DNA from: Laetmonice hystrix
Lineage: Eukaryota
Assembly (NCBI GenBank): GCA_965235115.1
Contig: OZ249436.1
Location: 21,454,001-21,518,000, forward strand
DNA length: 64,000 nucleotides
Direction: 5' to 3'
In this document: piece after piece, positions 50,732 to 62,700 of the stretch
Position numbering within the stretch: the stretch's first letter is position 1
Layout of the letters: the number at the start of each line of letters is the position of its first letter
Program-made: the position numbers and the translations under genes
The notes under the pieces: generated by a model
The model's database searches: none
What the model saw: the letters and a program-made list of their open reading frames with translations, nothing else
Told to the model about the DNA's origin: nothing

Positions 50732-53700
50732 CGTATCTTCTCCAAATTTTAACATTAGATGCTCCTGGCCTGTACCTTTCCATTCCACTACCTCACTGTA
50801 CTGTTTGCTTGGCTACTGGTCACTGTACTCTTTGCTTGTATACAACAGTAGCCAGTAAGGCACTCCTCATGCTTCATGTTTCCATGCCTTTATTGTCCAG
50901 GAGGCAGGCCATACGTTTCGTCTATGATCTACTCCCATCTAATCTGTGTCCCCTACAGACTATCTTTAAGCGTGCGACAACGTTGTCAGGTCGTCCCAAT
51001 GACTGTTTGCCGTAAAGGTTTAGTTAACAATGGCAAATGACGTTGTACGCCTTTTCTATATCAGATATCCCATCCCCAAGTAAGAAACAAACAAAGAAAG
51101 AGTACAGAGATGTTGCAGGCAAGAAACACCAGGGTGCAGCGCAGCTCTACTGAAGAGGCGGCGGGGGCGGCGACTGCACTGCCATCTTCCGGCTACCGGT
51201 GGAATCACCACGTATACCTGGCCGGGCTGGCGGGCACCTGTGGCTCTTAGGTTAAAGTAATGAGAAGCGAAAAATGGCTACTATTTTGATACGTCAAATT
51301 GAAACTACGCCCCCCAAAGTTATGATTCTTAGGCCAGATGTATCACTGTCAAACGTATAGGTCTCGTAGGGCCTACGTTCGCTACAGATACTATATGGTT
51401 GTGATGTGTAGGCCTATGCTTCCCATTTGAGTATCTTCTCCAGATTTTAACATTAGATGCTCCTCGCCAGTACCTTTCATTTCCACTACCTCACTGTGTT
51501 TGCATGACTACTAGGACAGTCGGTAAGATGTACGGACTTCTCACTCTACTGGTTGGCCCCCCACACTGCTTGGCCTCACAGTGTACTGTTTGGCCTCACT
51601 GCACTCTTTGGCCTCACTGTAGTGTTCGCTGGGGTGCTAGGCCAGCCAGTACCTTGTGGCGATTCCTCACTGTAGGCCTACCGTTTGTCCCCCCTGTACC
51701 GTTTGCTTGTATACAACAGTAGCCAGTAATATAGGGACGACTCATGTTTCATGTTTCCATGCCTTTATTGTCCAGGAGGCAGGCCATACGTTTCGTCTAT
51801 CATCTACTCCCATCTAATCTATGTGCCTAACAGACCATCTGTAAGCGTGCGACAACGTTGTCAGGTCGTCCCAATGACTGTTTGCCGTAAATGTTTAGTT
51901 AACAATGGCAAATGACGTTGTACGCCTTTTCTATATCAGATATCCCATCCCCAAGTAAGAAACAAAAAGAAAGAGTACAGAGGTGTTGCAGGCAAGAAAC
52001 ACCAGGGTGCAGCGCAGCTCTACTAAAGCGGCGGCGGGGGCGGCGACTGCACTGCCATCTTCCGGCTACCGGTGGAATCACCACGTATACCTGGCCGGGC
52101 TGGCGGGCACCTGTGGCTCTTAGGTTAAAGTAATGAGAAGCGAAAAATGGCTACTATTCTGATACGTCAAATTGAAACTACGCCCCCCCCCCAAAGTTAT
52201 GATTCTTAGGCCAGATGTATCACTGTCAAACGTATAGGTCTCGTACGTTCGCTACAGATATATGGTTGTGATGTGTAGGCCTATGCTTCCCATTTGAGTA
52301 TCTTCTCCAGATTTTAACATTAGATGCTCCTCGCCAGTACCTTTCATTTCCACTACCTCACTGTGTTTGCATGACTACTAGGACAGTCGGTAAGATGTAC
52401 GGACTTCTCACTCTACTGGTTGGCCCCCCACACTGCTTGGCCTCACAGTGTACTGTTTGGCCTCACTGTACTCTTTGGCCTCACTGTAGTGTTCGCTGGG
52501 GTGCTAGGCCAGCCAGTACCTTGTGGCGATTCCTCACTGTAGGCCTACCGTTTGTCCCCCCTGTACCGTTTGCTTGTATACAACAGTAGCCAGTAATATA
52601 GGGACGACTCATGTTTCATGTTTCCATGCCTTTATTGTCCAGGAGGCAGGCCATACGTTTCGTCTATCATCTACTCCCATCTAATCTATGTGCCTAACAG
52701 ACCATCTGTAAGCGTGCGACAACGTTGTCAGGTCGTCCCAATGACTGTTTGCCGTAAATGTTTAGTTAACAATGGCAAATGACGTTGTACGCCTTTTCTA
52801 TATCAGATATCCCATCCCCAAGTAAGAAACAAAAAGAAAGAGTACAGAGGTGTTGCAGGCAAGAAACACCAGGGTGCAGCGCAGCTCTACTAAAGCGGCG
52901 GCGGGGGCGGCGACTGCACTGCCATCTTCCGGCTACCGGTGAAATCACCACGTATACCTGGCCGGGCTGGCGGGCACCTGTGGCTCTTAGGTTAAAGTAA
53001 TGAGAAGCGAAAAATGGCTACTATTCTGATACGTCAAATTGAAACTACGCCCCCCCCCCCCAAAGTTATGATTCTTAGGCCAGATGTATCACTGTCAAAC
53101 GTATAGGTCTCGTACGTTCGCTACAGATATATGGTTGTGATCTGTAGGCCTATGCTTCCCATTTGAGTATCTTCTCCAGATTTTAACATTAGATGCTCCT
53201 CGCCAGTACCTTTCATTTCCACTACCTCACTGTAGTGTTTGCATGACTACTAGGACAGTCGGTAAGATGTAGGGACTTCTCACTCTACTGGTTGGCCCCA
53301 AACACTGCTTGGCCTCACAGTGTACTGTTTGGCCTCACTGTACTCTTTGGCCTCACTGTAGTGTTCGCTGGGGTGCTAGGCCAGCCAGTACCTTGTAGCG
53401 ATTCCTCACTGTACCGTTTGTCCTCCCTGTACCGTTTGCTTGTATACAACAGTAGCCAGTAATATAGGGACGCCTCATGTTTCATGTTTCCATGCCTTTG
53501 TCGTCCAGGAGGCAGGCCATACCTTTCGTCTATCATCTACTCCCATCTAATCTATGTCCCTCACAGACCATCTGTAAGCGTGCGACAACGTTGTCAGGTC
53601 GTCCCAATGACTGTTTGCCGTAAATGTTTAGTTAACAATGGCAAATGACGTTGTACGCCTTTTCTATATCAGATATCCCATCCCCAAGTAAGAAACAAAA

Positions 53701-56700
53701 AGAAAGAGTACAGAGGTGTTGCAGGCAAGGAACACCAGGGTGCAGCGCAGCTCTACTGAAGCGGCGGCGGGGGCGGCGACTGCACTGCCATCTTCCGGCT
53801 ACCGGTGGAATCACCACGTATACCTGGCCGGGCTGGCGGGCACCTGTGGCTCTTAGGTTAAAGTAATGAGAAGCGAAAAATGGCTACTATTTTGATACGT
53901 CAAATTGAAACTACGCCCCCCAAAGTTATGATTCTTAGGCCAGATGTATCACTGTCAAACGTATAGGTCTCGTACGTTCGCTACAGATATATGGTTGTGA
54001 TGTGTAGGCCTATGCTTCCCATTTGAGTATCTTCTCCAGATTTTAACATTAGATGCTCCTCGCCAGTACCTTTCATTTCCACTACCTCACTGTAGTGTTT
54101 GCATGACTACTAGGACAGTCGGTAAGATGTACGGACTTCTCGATCTACTGGTTGGCCCCCCGCACTGCTTGGCCTCACAGTGTACTGTTTGGCCTCACTG
54201 TACTCTAAGTCTTTGGCCTCACTGTAGTGTTCGCTGGGGTGCTAGGCCAGCCAGTACCTTGTAGCGATTCCTCACTGTACCGTTTGTCCTCCCTGTACCG
54301 TTTGCTTGTATACAACAGTAGCCAGTAATATAGGGACGCCTCATGTTTCATGTTTCCATGCCTTTATTGTCCAGGAGGCAGGCCATACGTTTCGTCTATC
54401 ATCTACTCCCATCTAATCTATGTCCCTTACAGACCATCTGTAAGCGTGCGACAACGTTGTCAGGTCGTCCCAATGACTGTTTGCCGTAAAGGTTTAGTTA
54501 ACAATGGCAAATGACGTTGGACGCCTTTTCTATATCAGATATCCCATCCCCAAGTAAGAAACAAAAAGAAAGAGTACAGAGGTGTTGCAGGCAAGAAAAA
54601 CCAGGTTGCAGCGCAGCTCTACTAAAGCGGCGGCGGGGGCGGCGACTGCACTGCCATCTTCCGGCTACCGGTGGAATCACCACGTATACCTGGCCGGGCT
54701 AGCGGGCACCTGTGGCTCTTAGGTTAAAGTAATGAGAAGCGAAAAATGGCTACTATTCTGATACGTCAAATTAAAACTACGCCCCCCCCCCAAAAAGAAA
54801 GTTATGATTCTTAGGCCAGATGTATCACTGTCAAACGTATAGTTCTCGTACGTTCGCTACAGATATATGGTTGTGATGTGTATATGCTTCCCATTTGAGT
54901 ATCTTCTCCAGATTTTAACATTAGATGCTCCTCGCCAGTAGCCTACCTTTCATTTCCACTACCTCACTGTAGTGTTTGCATGACTACTAGGACAGTCTGT
55001 AAGATGTAGGGACTTCCCACTCTACTCGTTGCCCCCCGCCCCCCACACTGCTTGGCCTCACAGTGTACTGTTTGGCCTCACTGTACTCTTTGGCCTCACT
55101 GTAGTGTTCGCTGGGGTGCTAGGCCAGCCAGTACCTTGTAGCGATTCCTCACTGTACCGTTTGTCCTCCCTGTACCGTTTGCTTGTATACAACAGTAGCC
55201 AGTAATATAGGGACGCCTCATGTTTCATGTTTCCATGCCTTTATTGTCCAGGAGGCAGGCCATACGTTTCGTCTATCATCTACTCCCATCTAATCTGTGT
55301 CCCTACAGACTATCTTTAAGCGTGCGACAACGTTGTCAGGTCGTCCCAATGACTGTTTGCCGTAAAGGTTTAGTTAACAATGGCAAATGACGTTGTACGC
55401 CTTTTCTATATCAGATATCCCATCCCCAAGTAAGAAACAAAAAGAAAGAGTACAGAGGTGTTGCAGGCAAGAAACACCAGGGTGCAGCGCAGCTCTACTG
55501 AAGAGGCGGCGGGGGCGGCGACTGCACTGCCATCTTCCGGCTACCGGTGGAATCACCACGTATACCTGGCCGGGCTGGCGGGCACCTGTGGCTCTTAGGT
55601 TAAAGTAATGAGAAGCGAAAAATAGCTACTATTCTGATACGTCAAATTGAAACTACGCCCCCCCCAAAGTTATGATTCTTAGGCCAGATGTATCACTGTC
55701 AAACGTATAGGTCTCGTACGTTCGCTACAGATATATGGTTTGATGTGTATGCTTCCCATTTGAGTATCGTCTCCAGATTTTAACATTAGATGCTCCTCGC
55801 CAGTACCTTTCATTTCCACTACCTCACTGTAGTGTTTGCATGACTACTAGGACAGTCGGTAAGATGTAGGGACTTCTCACTCTACTGGTTGGCCCCCCCC
55901 CCACACTGCTTGGCCTCACAGTGTACTGTTTGGCCTCACTGTACTCTTTGGCCTCACTGTAGTGTTCGCTGGGGTGCTAGGCCAGCCAGTACCTTGTAGC
56001 GATTCCTCACTGTACCGTTCGCCCTCCCTGTACCGTTTGCTTGTATACAACAGTAGCCAGTAATATAGGGACGCCTCATGTTTCATGTTTCCATGCCTTT
56101 GTCGTCCAGGAGACAGGCCATACCTTTCGTCTATCATCTACTCTCATCTAATCTATGTCCCTAACAGACCATCTGTAAGCGTGCGACAACGTTGTCAGGT
56201 CGTCCCAATGACTGTTTGCCGTAAATGTTTAGTTAACAATGGCAAATGACGTTGTACGCCTTTTCTATATCAGATATCCCATCCCCAAGTAAGAAACAAA
56301 AAGAAAGAGTACAGAGGTGTTGCAGGCAAGAAACACCAGGGTGCAGCGCAGCTCTACTGAAGAGGCGGCGGGGGCGGCGACTGCACTGCCATCTTCCGGC
56401 TACCGGTGGAATCACCACGTATACCTGGCCGGGCTGGCGGGCACCTGTGGCTCTTAGGTTAAAGTAATGAGAAGCGAAAAATGGCTACTATTTTGATACG
56501 TCAAATTGAAACTACGCCCCCAAAGTTATGATTCTTAGGCCAGATGTATCACTGTCAAACGTATAGGTCTCGTACGTTCGCTAAAGATATATGGTTGTGA
56601 TGTGTAGGCCTATGCTTCCCATTTGAGTATCTTCTCCAGATTTTAACATTAGATGCTCCTCGCCAGTACCTTTCATTTCCACTACCTCACTGTAGTGTTT

Positions 56701-59700
56701 GCATGACTACTAGGACAGTCGGTAAGATGTACGGACTTCTCACTCTACTGGTTGGCCCCCCACACTGCTTGGCCTCACAGTGTACTGTTTGGCCTCACTG
56801 TACTCTTTGGCCTCACTGTAGTGTTCGCTGGGGTGCTAGGCCAGCCAGTACCTTGTAGCGATTCCTCACTGTACCGTTTGTCCTCCCTGTACCGTTTGCT
56901 TGTATACAACAGTAGCCAGTAATATAGGGACGCCTCATCTTTCATCTTTCCATGCCTTTATTGTCCAGGAGGCAGGCCATACGTTTCGTCTATCATCTAC
57001 TCCCATCTAATCTATGTCCCTTACAGACCATCTGTAAGCGTGCGACAACGTTGTCAGGTCGTCCCAATGACTGTTTGCCGTAAAGGTTTAGTTAACAATG
57101 GCAAATGACGTTGTACGCCTTTTCTATATCAGATATCCCATCCCCAAGTAAGAAACAAAAAGAAAGAGTACAGAGGTGTTGCAGGCAAGAAACACCAGGG
57201 TGCAGCGCAGCTCTACTGAAGAGGCGGCGGGGGCGGCGACTGCACTGCCATCTTCCGGCTACCGGTGGAATCACCACGTATACCTGGCCGGGCTGGCGGG
57301 CACCTGTGGCTCTTAGGTTAAAGTAATGAGAAGCGAAAAATGGCTACTATTCTGATACGTCAAATTGAAACTACGCCCCCCCCCCCCCCAAAGTTATGAT
57401 TCTTAGGCCAGATGTATCACTGTCAAACGTATAGGTCTCGTACGTTCGCTACAGATATACGGTTGTGATCTGTAGGCCTATGCTTCCCATTTGAGTATCT
57501 TCTCCAGATTTTAACATTAGATGCTCCTCGCCAGTACCTTTCATTTCCACTACCTCACTGTAGTGTTTGCATGACTACTAGGACAGTCGGTAAGATGTAG
57601 GGACTTCCCACTCTACTCGTTGCCCCCCGCCCCCCACACTGCTTGGCCTCACAGTGTACTGTTTGGCCTCACTGTACTCTTTGGCCTCACTGTAGTGTTC
57701 GCTGGGGTGCTAGGCCAGCCAGTACCTTGTAGCGATTCCTCACTGTACCGTTTGTCCTCCCTGTACCGTTTGCTTGTATACAACAGTAGCCAGTAATATA
57801 GGGACGCCTCATGTTTCATGTTTCCATGCCTTTATTGTCCAGGAGGCAGGCCATACGTTTCGTCTATGATCTACTCCCATCTAATCTATGTCCCTTACAG
57901 ACCATCTGTAAGCGTGCGACAACGTTGTCAGGTCGTCCCAATGACTGTTTGCCGTAAAGGTTTAGTTAACAATGGCAAATGACGTTGTACGCCTTTTCTA
58001 TATCAGATATCCCATCCCCAAGTAAGAAACAAAAAGAAAGAGTACAGAGGTGTTGCAGGCAAGGAACACCAGGGTGCAGCGCAGCTCGACTGAAGCGGCG
58101 GCGGGGGCGGCGACTGCACTGCCATCTTCCGGCTACCGGTGGAATCACCACGTATACCTGGCCGGGCTGGCGGGCACCTGTGGCTCTTAGGTTAAAGTAA
58201 TGAGAAGCAAAAAATGGCTACTATTTTGATACGTCAAATTGAAACTACGCCCCCCAAAGTTATGATTCTTAGGCCAGATGTATCACTGTCAAACGTATAG
58301 GTCTCGTACGTTCGCTACAGATATATGGTTGTGATGTGTAGGCCTATGCTTCCCATTTGAGTATCTTCTCCAGATTTTAACATTAGATGCTCCTCGCCAG
58401 TACCTTTCATTTCCACTACCTCACTGTAGTGTTTGCATGACTACTAGGACAGTCGGTAAGATGTACGGACTTCTCACTCTACTGGTTGGCCCCCCACACT
58501 GCTTGGCCTCACAGTGTACTGTTTGGCCTCACTGTACTCTTTGGCCTCACTGTAGTGTTCGCTGGGGTGCTAGGCCAGCCAGTACCTTGTAGCGATTCCT
58601 CACTGTACCGTTTGCCCTCCCTGTACCGTTTGCTTGTATACAACAGTAGCCAGTAATATAGGGACGCCTTATGTTTCATGTTTCCATGCCTTTATTGTCC
58701 AGGAGGCAGGCCATACGTTTCGTCTCTCATCTACTCCCATCTAATCTATGTCCCTTACAGACCATCTGTAAGCGTGCGACAACGTTGTCAGGTCGTCCCA
58801 ATGACTGTTTGCCGTAAAGGTTTAGTTAACAATGGCAAATGACGTTGTACGCCTTTTCTATATCAGATATCCCATCCCCAAGTAAGAAACAAAAAGAAAG
58901 AGTACAGAGGTGTTGCAGGCAAGGAACACCAGGGTGCAGCGCAGCTCTACTGAAGCGGCGGCGGGGGCGGCGACTGCACTGCCATCTTCCGGCTACCGGT
59001 GGAATCACCACGTATACCTGGCCGGGCTGGCGGGCACCTGTGGCTCTTAGGTTAAAGTAATGAGAAGCGAAAAATGGCTACTATTCTGATACGTCAAATT
59101 GAAACTACGCCCCCCAAAGTTATGATTCTTAGGCCAGATGTATCACTGTCAAACGTATAGGTCTCGTACGTTCGCTACAGATATATGGTTGTGATGTGTA
59201 GGCCTATGCTTCCCATTTGAGTATCTTCTCCAGATTTTAACATTAGATGCTCCTCGCCAGTAGCCTACCTTTCATTTCCACTACCTCACTGTAGTGTTTG
59301 CATGACTACTAGGACAGTCTGTAAGATGTAGGGACTTCCCACTCTACTCGTTGCCCCCCGCCCCCCACACTGCTTGGCCTCACAGTGTACTGTTTGGCCT
59401 CACTGTACTCTTTGGCCTCACTGTAGTGTTCGCTGGGGTGCTAGGCCAGCCAGTACCTTGTAGCGATTCCTCACTGTACCGTTTGCCCTCCTTGTACCGT
59501 TTGCTTGTATACAACAGTAGCCAGTAATATAGGGACGCCTCATGTTTCATGTTTCCATGCCTTTATTGTCCAGGAGGCAGGCCATACGTTTCGTCTATCA
59601 TCTACTCCCATCTAATCTATGTCCCTTACAGACCATCTGTAAGCGTGCGACAACGTTGTCAGGTCGTCCCAATGACTGTTTGCCGTAAAGGTTTAGTTAA

Positions 59701-62700
59701 CAATGGCAAATGACGTTGTACGCCTTTTCTATATAAGATATCCCATCCCCAAGTAAGAAACAAAAAGAAAGAGTACAGAGGTGTTGCAGGCAAGGAACAC
59801 CAGGGTGCAGCGCAGCTCTACTGAAGCGGCGGCGGGGGCGGCGACTGCACTGCCATCTTCCGGCTACCGGTGGAATCACCACGTATACCTGGCCGGGCTG
59901 GCGGGCACCTGTGGCTCTTAGGTTAAAGTAATGAGAAGCGAAAAATGGCTACTATTCTGATACGTCAAATTGAAACTACGCCCCCCAAAGTTATGATTCT
60001 TAGGCCAGATGTATCACTGTCAAACGTATAGGTCTCGTACGTTCGCTACAGATATATGGTTGTGATGTGTATGCTTCCCATTTGAGTATCTTCTCCAGAT
60101 TTTAACATTAGATGCTCCTCGCCAGTACCTTTCATTTCCACTACCTCACTGTAGTGTTTGCATGACTACTAGGACAGTCGGTAAGATGTACGGACCTCTT
60201 ACTCTACTCGTTGGCCCCCCACACTGCTTGGCCTCACAGTGTACTGTTTGGCCTCACTGTACTCTTCAGGGCTGTCCATCCGTCGCATTGTCGCAAATAA
60301 TGTGCGACAGGGACCATAAAAATTGCGACATCGGCTTTATCAACGAATGTTTTAACTGTCTGTCGCAATCCAGACACTTTGCTCCACCCAGTTAGAATTC
60401 TGCTCTGGGATTTTCAACTGTGGCCAGCCTTGCTCTTTGGCCTCACTGTAGTGTTCGCTGGGGTGCTAGGCCAGCCAGTACCTTGTAGCGATTCCTCACT
60501 GTACCGTTTGTCCTCCCTGTACCGTTTGCTTGTATACAACAGTAGCCAGTAATATAGGGACGCCTCATGTTTCATGTTTCCATGCCTTTATTGTCCAGGA
60601 GGCAGGCCATACGTTTCGTCTATCATCTACTCCCATCTAATCTATGTCCCTTACAGACCATCTGTAAGCGTGCGACAACGTTGTCAGGTCGTCCCAATGA
60701 CTGTTTGCCGTAAAGGTTTAGTTAACAATGGCAAATGACGTTGTACGCCTTTTCTATATCAGATATCCCATCCCCAAGTAAGAAACAAAAAGAAAGAGTA
60801 CAGAGGTGTTGCAGGCAAGAAAAACCAGGTTGCAGCGCAGCTCTACTAAAGCGGCGGCGGGGGCGGCGACTGCACTGCCATCTTCCGGCTACCGGTGGAA
60901 TCACCACGTATACCTGGCCGGGCTGGCGGGCACCTGTGGCTCTTAGGTTAAAGTAATGAGAAGCGAAAAATGGCTACTATTCTGATACGTCAAATTAAAA
61001 CTACGCCCCCCCCCCAAAGTTATGATTCTTAGGCCAGATGTATCACTGTCAAACGTATAGTTCTCGTACGTTCGCTACAGATATATGGTTGTGATGTGTA
61101 TATGCTTCCCATTTGAGTATCTTCTCCAGATTTTAACATTAGATGCTCCTCGCCAGTAGCCTACCTTTCATTTCCACTACCTCACTGTAGTGTTTGCATG
61201 ACTACTAGGACAGTCTGTAAGATGTAGGGACTTCCCACTCTACTCGTTGCCCCCCGCCCCCCACACTGCTTGGCCTCACAGTGTACTGTTTGGCCTCACT
61301 GTACTCTTTGGCCTCACTGTAGTGTTCGCTGGGGTGCTAGGCCAGCCAGTACCTTGTAGCGATTCCTCACTGTACCGTTTGTCCTCCCTGTACCGTTTGC
61401 TTGTATACAACAGTAGCCAGTAATATAGGGACGCCTCATGTTTCATGTTTCCATGCCTTTATTGTCCAGGAGGCAGGCCATACGTTTCGTCTATGATCTA
61501 CTCCCATCTAATCTGTGTCCCCTACAGACTATCTTTAAGCGTGCGACAACGTTGTCAGGTCGTCCCAATGACTGTTTGCCGTAAAGGTTTAGTTAACAAT
61601 GGCAAATGACGTTGTACGCCTTTTCTATATCAGATATCCCATCCCCAAGTAAGAAACAAAAAGAAAGAGTACAGAGGTGTTGCAGGCAAGAAAAACCAGG
61701 TTGCAGCGCAGCTCTACTAAAGCGGCGGCGGGGGCGGCGACTGCACTGCCATCTTCCGGCTACCGGTGGAATCACCACGTATACCTGGCCGGGCTGGCGG
61801 GCACCTGTGGCTCTTAGGTTAAAGTAATGAGAAGCGAAAAATGGCTACTATTTTGATACGTCAAATTGAAACTACGCCCCCCAAAGTTATGATTCTTAGG
61901 CCAGATGTATCACTGTCAAACGTATAGGTCTCGTAGGGCCTACGTTCGCTACAGATATATGGTTGTGATGTGTAGGCCTATGCTTCCCATTTGAGTATCT
62001 TCTCCAGATTTTAACATTAGATGCTCCTCGCCAGTACCTTTCATTTCCACTACCTCACTGTAGTGTTTGCATGACTACTAGGACAGTCGGTAAGATGTAC
62101 GGACTTCTCACTCTACTGGTTGGCCCCCACACTGCTTGGCCTCACAGTGTACTGTTTGGCCTCACTGTACTCTTTGGCCTCACTGTAGTGTTCGCTGGGG
62201 TGCTAGGCCAGCCAGTACCTTGTAGCGATTCCTCACTGTACCGTTTGTCCTCCCTGTACCGTTTGCTTGTATACAACAGTAGCCAGTAATATAGGGACGC
62301 CTCATCTTTCATCTTTCCATGCCTTTATTGTCCAGGAGGCAGGCCATACGTTTCGTCTATCATCTACTCCCATCTAATCTATGTCCCTTACAGACCATCT
62401 GGAAGCGTGCGACAACGTTGTCAGGTCGTCCCAATGACTGTTTGCCGTAAAGGTTTAGTTAACAATGGCAAATGACGTTGTACGCCTTTTCTATATCAGA
62501 TATCCCATCCCCAAGTAAGAAACAAAAAGAAAGAGTACAGAGGTGTTGCAGGCAAGGAACACCAGGGTGCAGCGCAGCTCTACTGAAGCGGCGGCGGGGG
62601 CGGCGACTGCACTGCCATCTTCCGGCTACCGGTGGAATCACCACGTATACCTGGCCGGGCTGGCGGGCACCTGTGGCTCTTAGGTTACAGTAATGAGAAG

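Noticed and set aside
53560..53582. 7-nt micro-exon cag|ACCATCT|gtaagc in array units
   Set aside because: Donor is mutated to TT in three units and the length is not frame-preserving.
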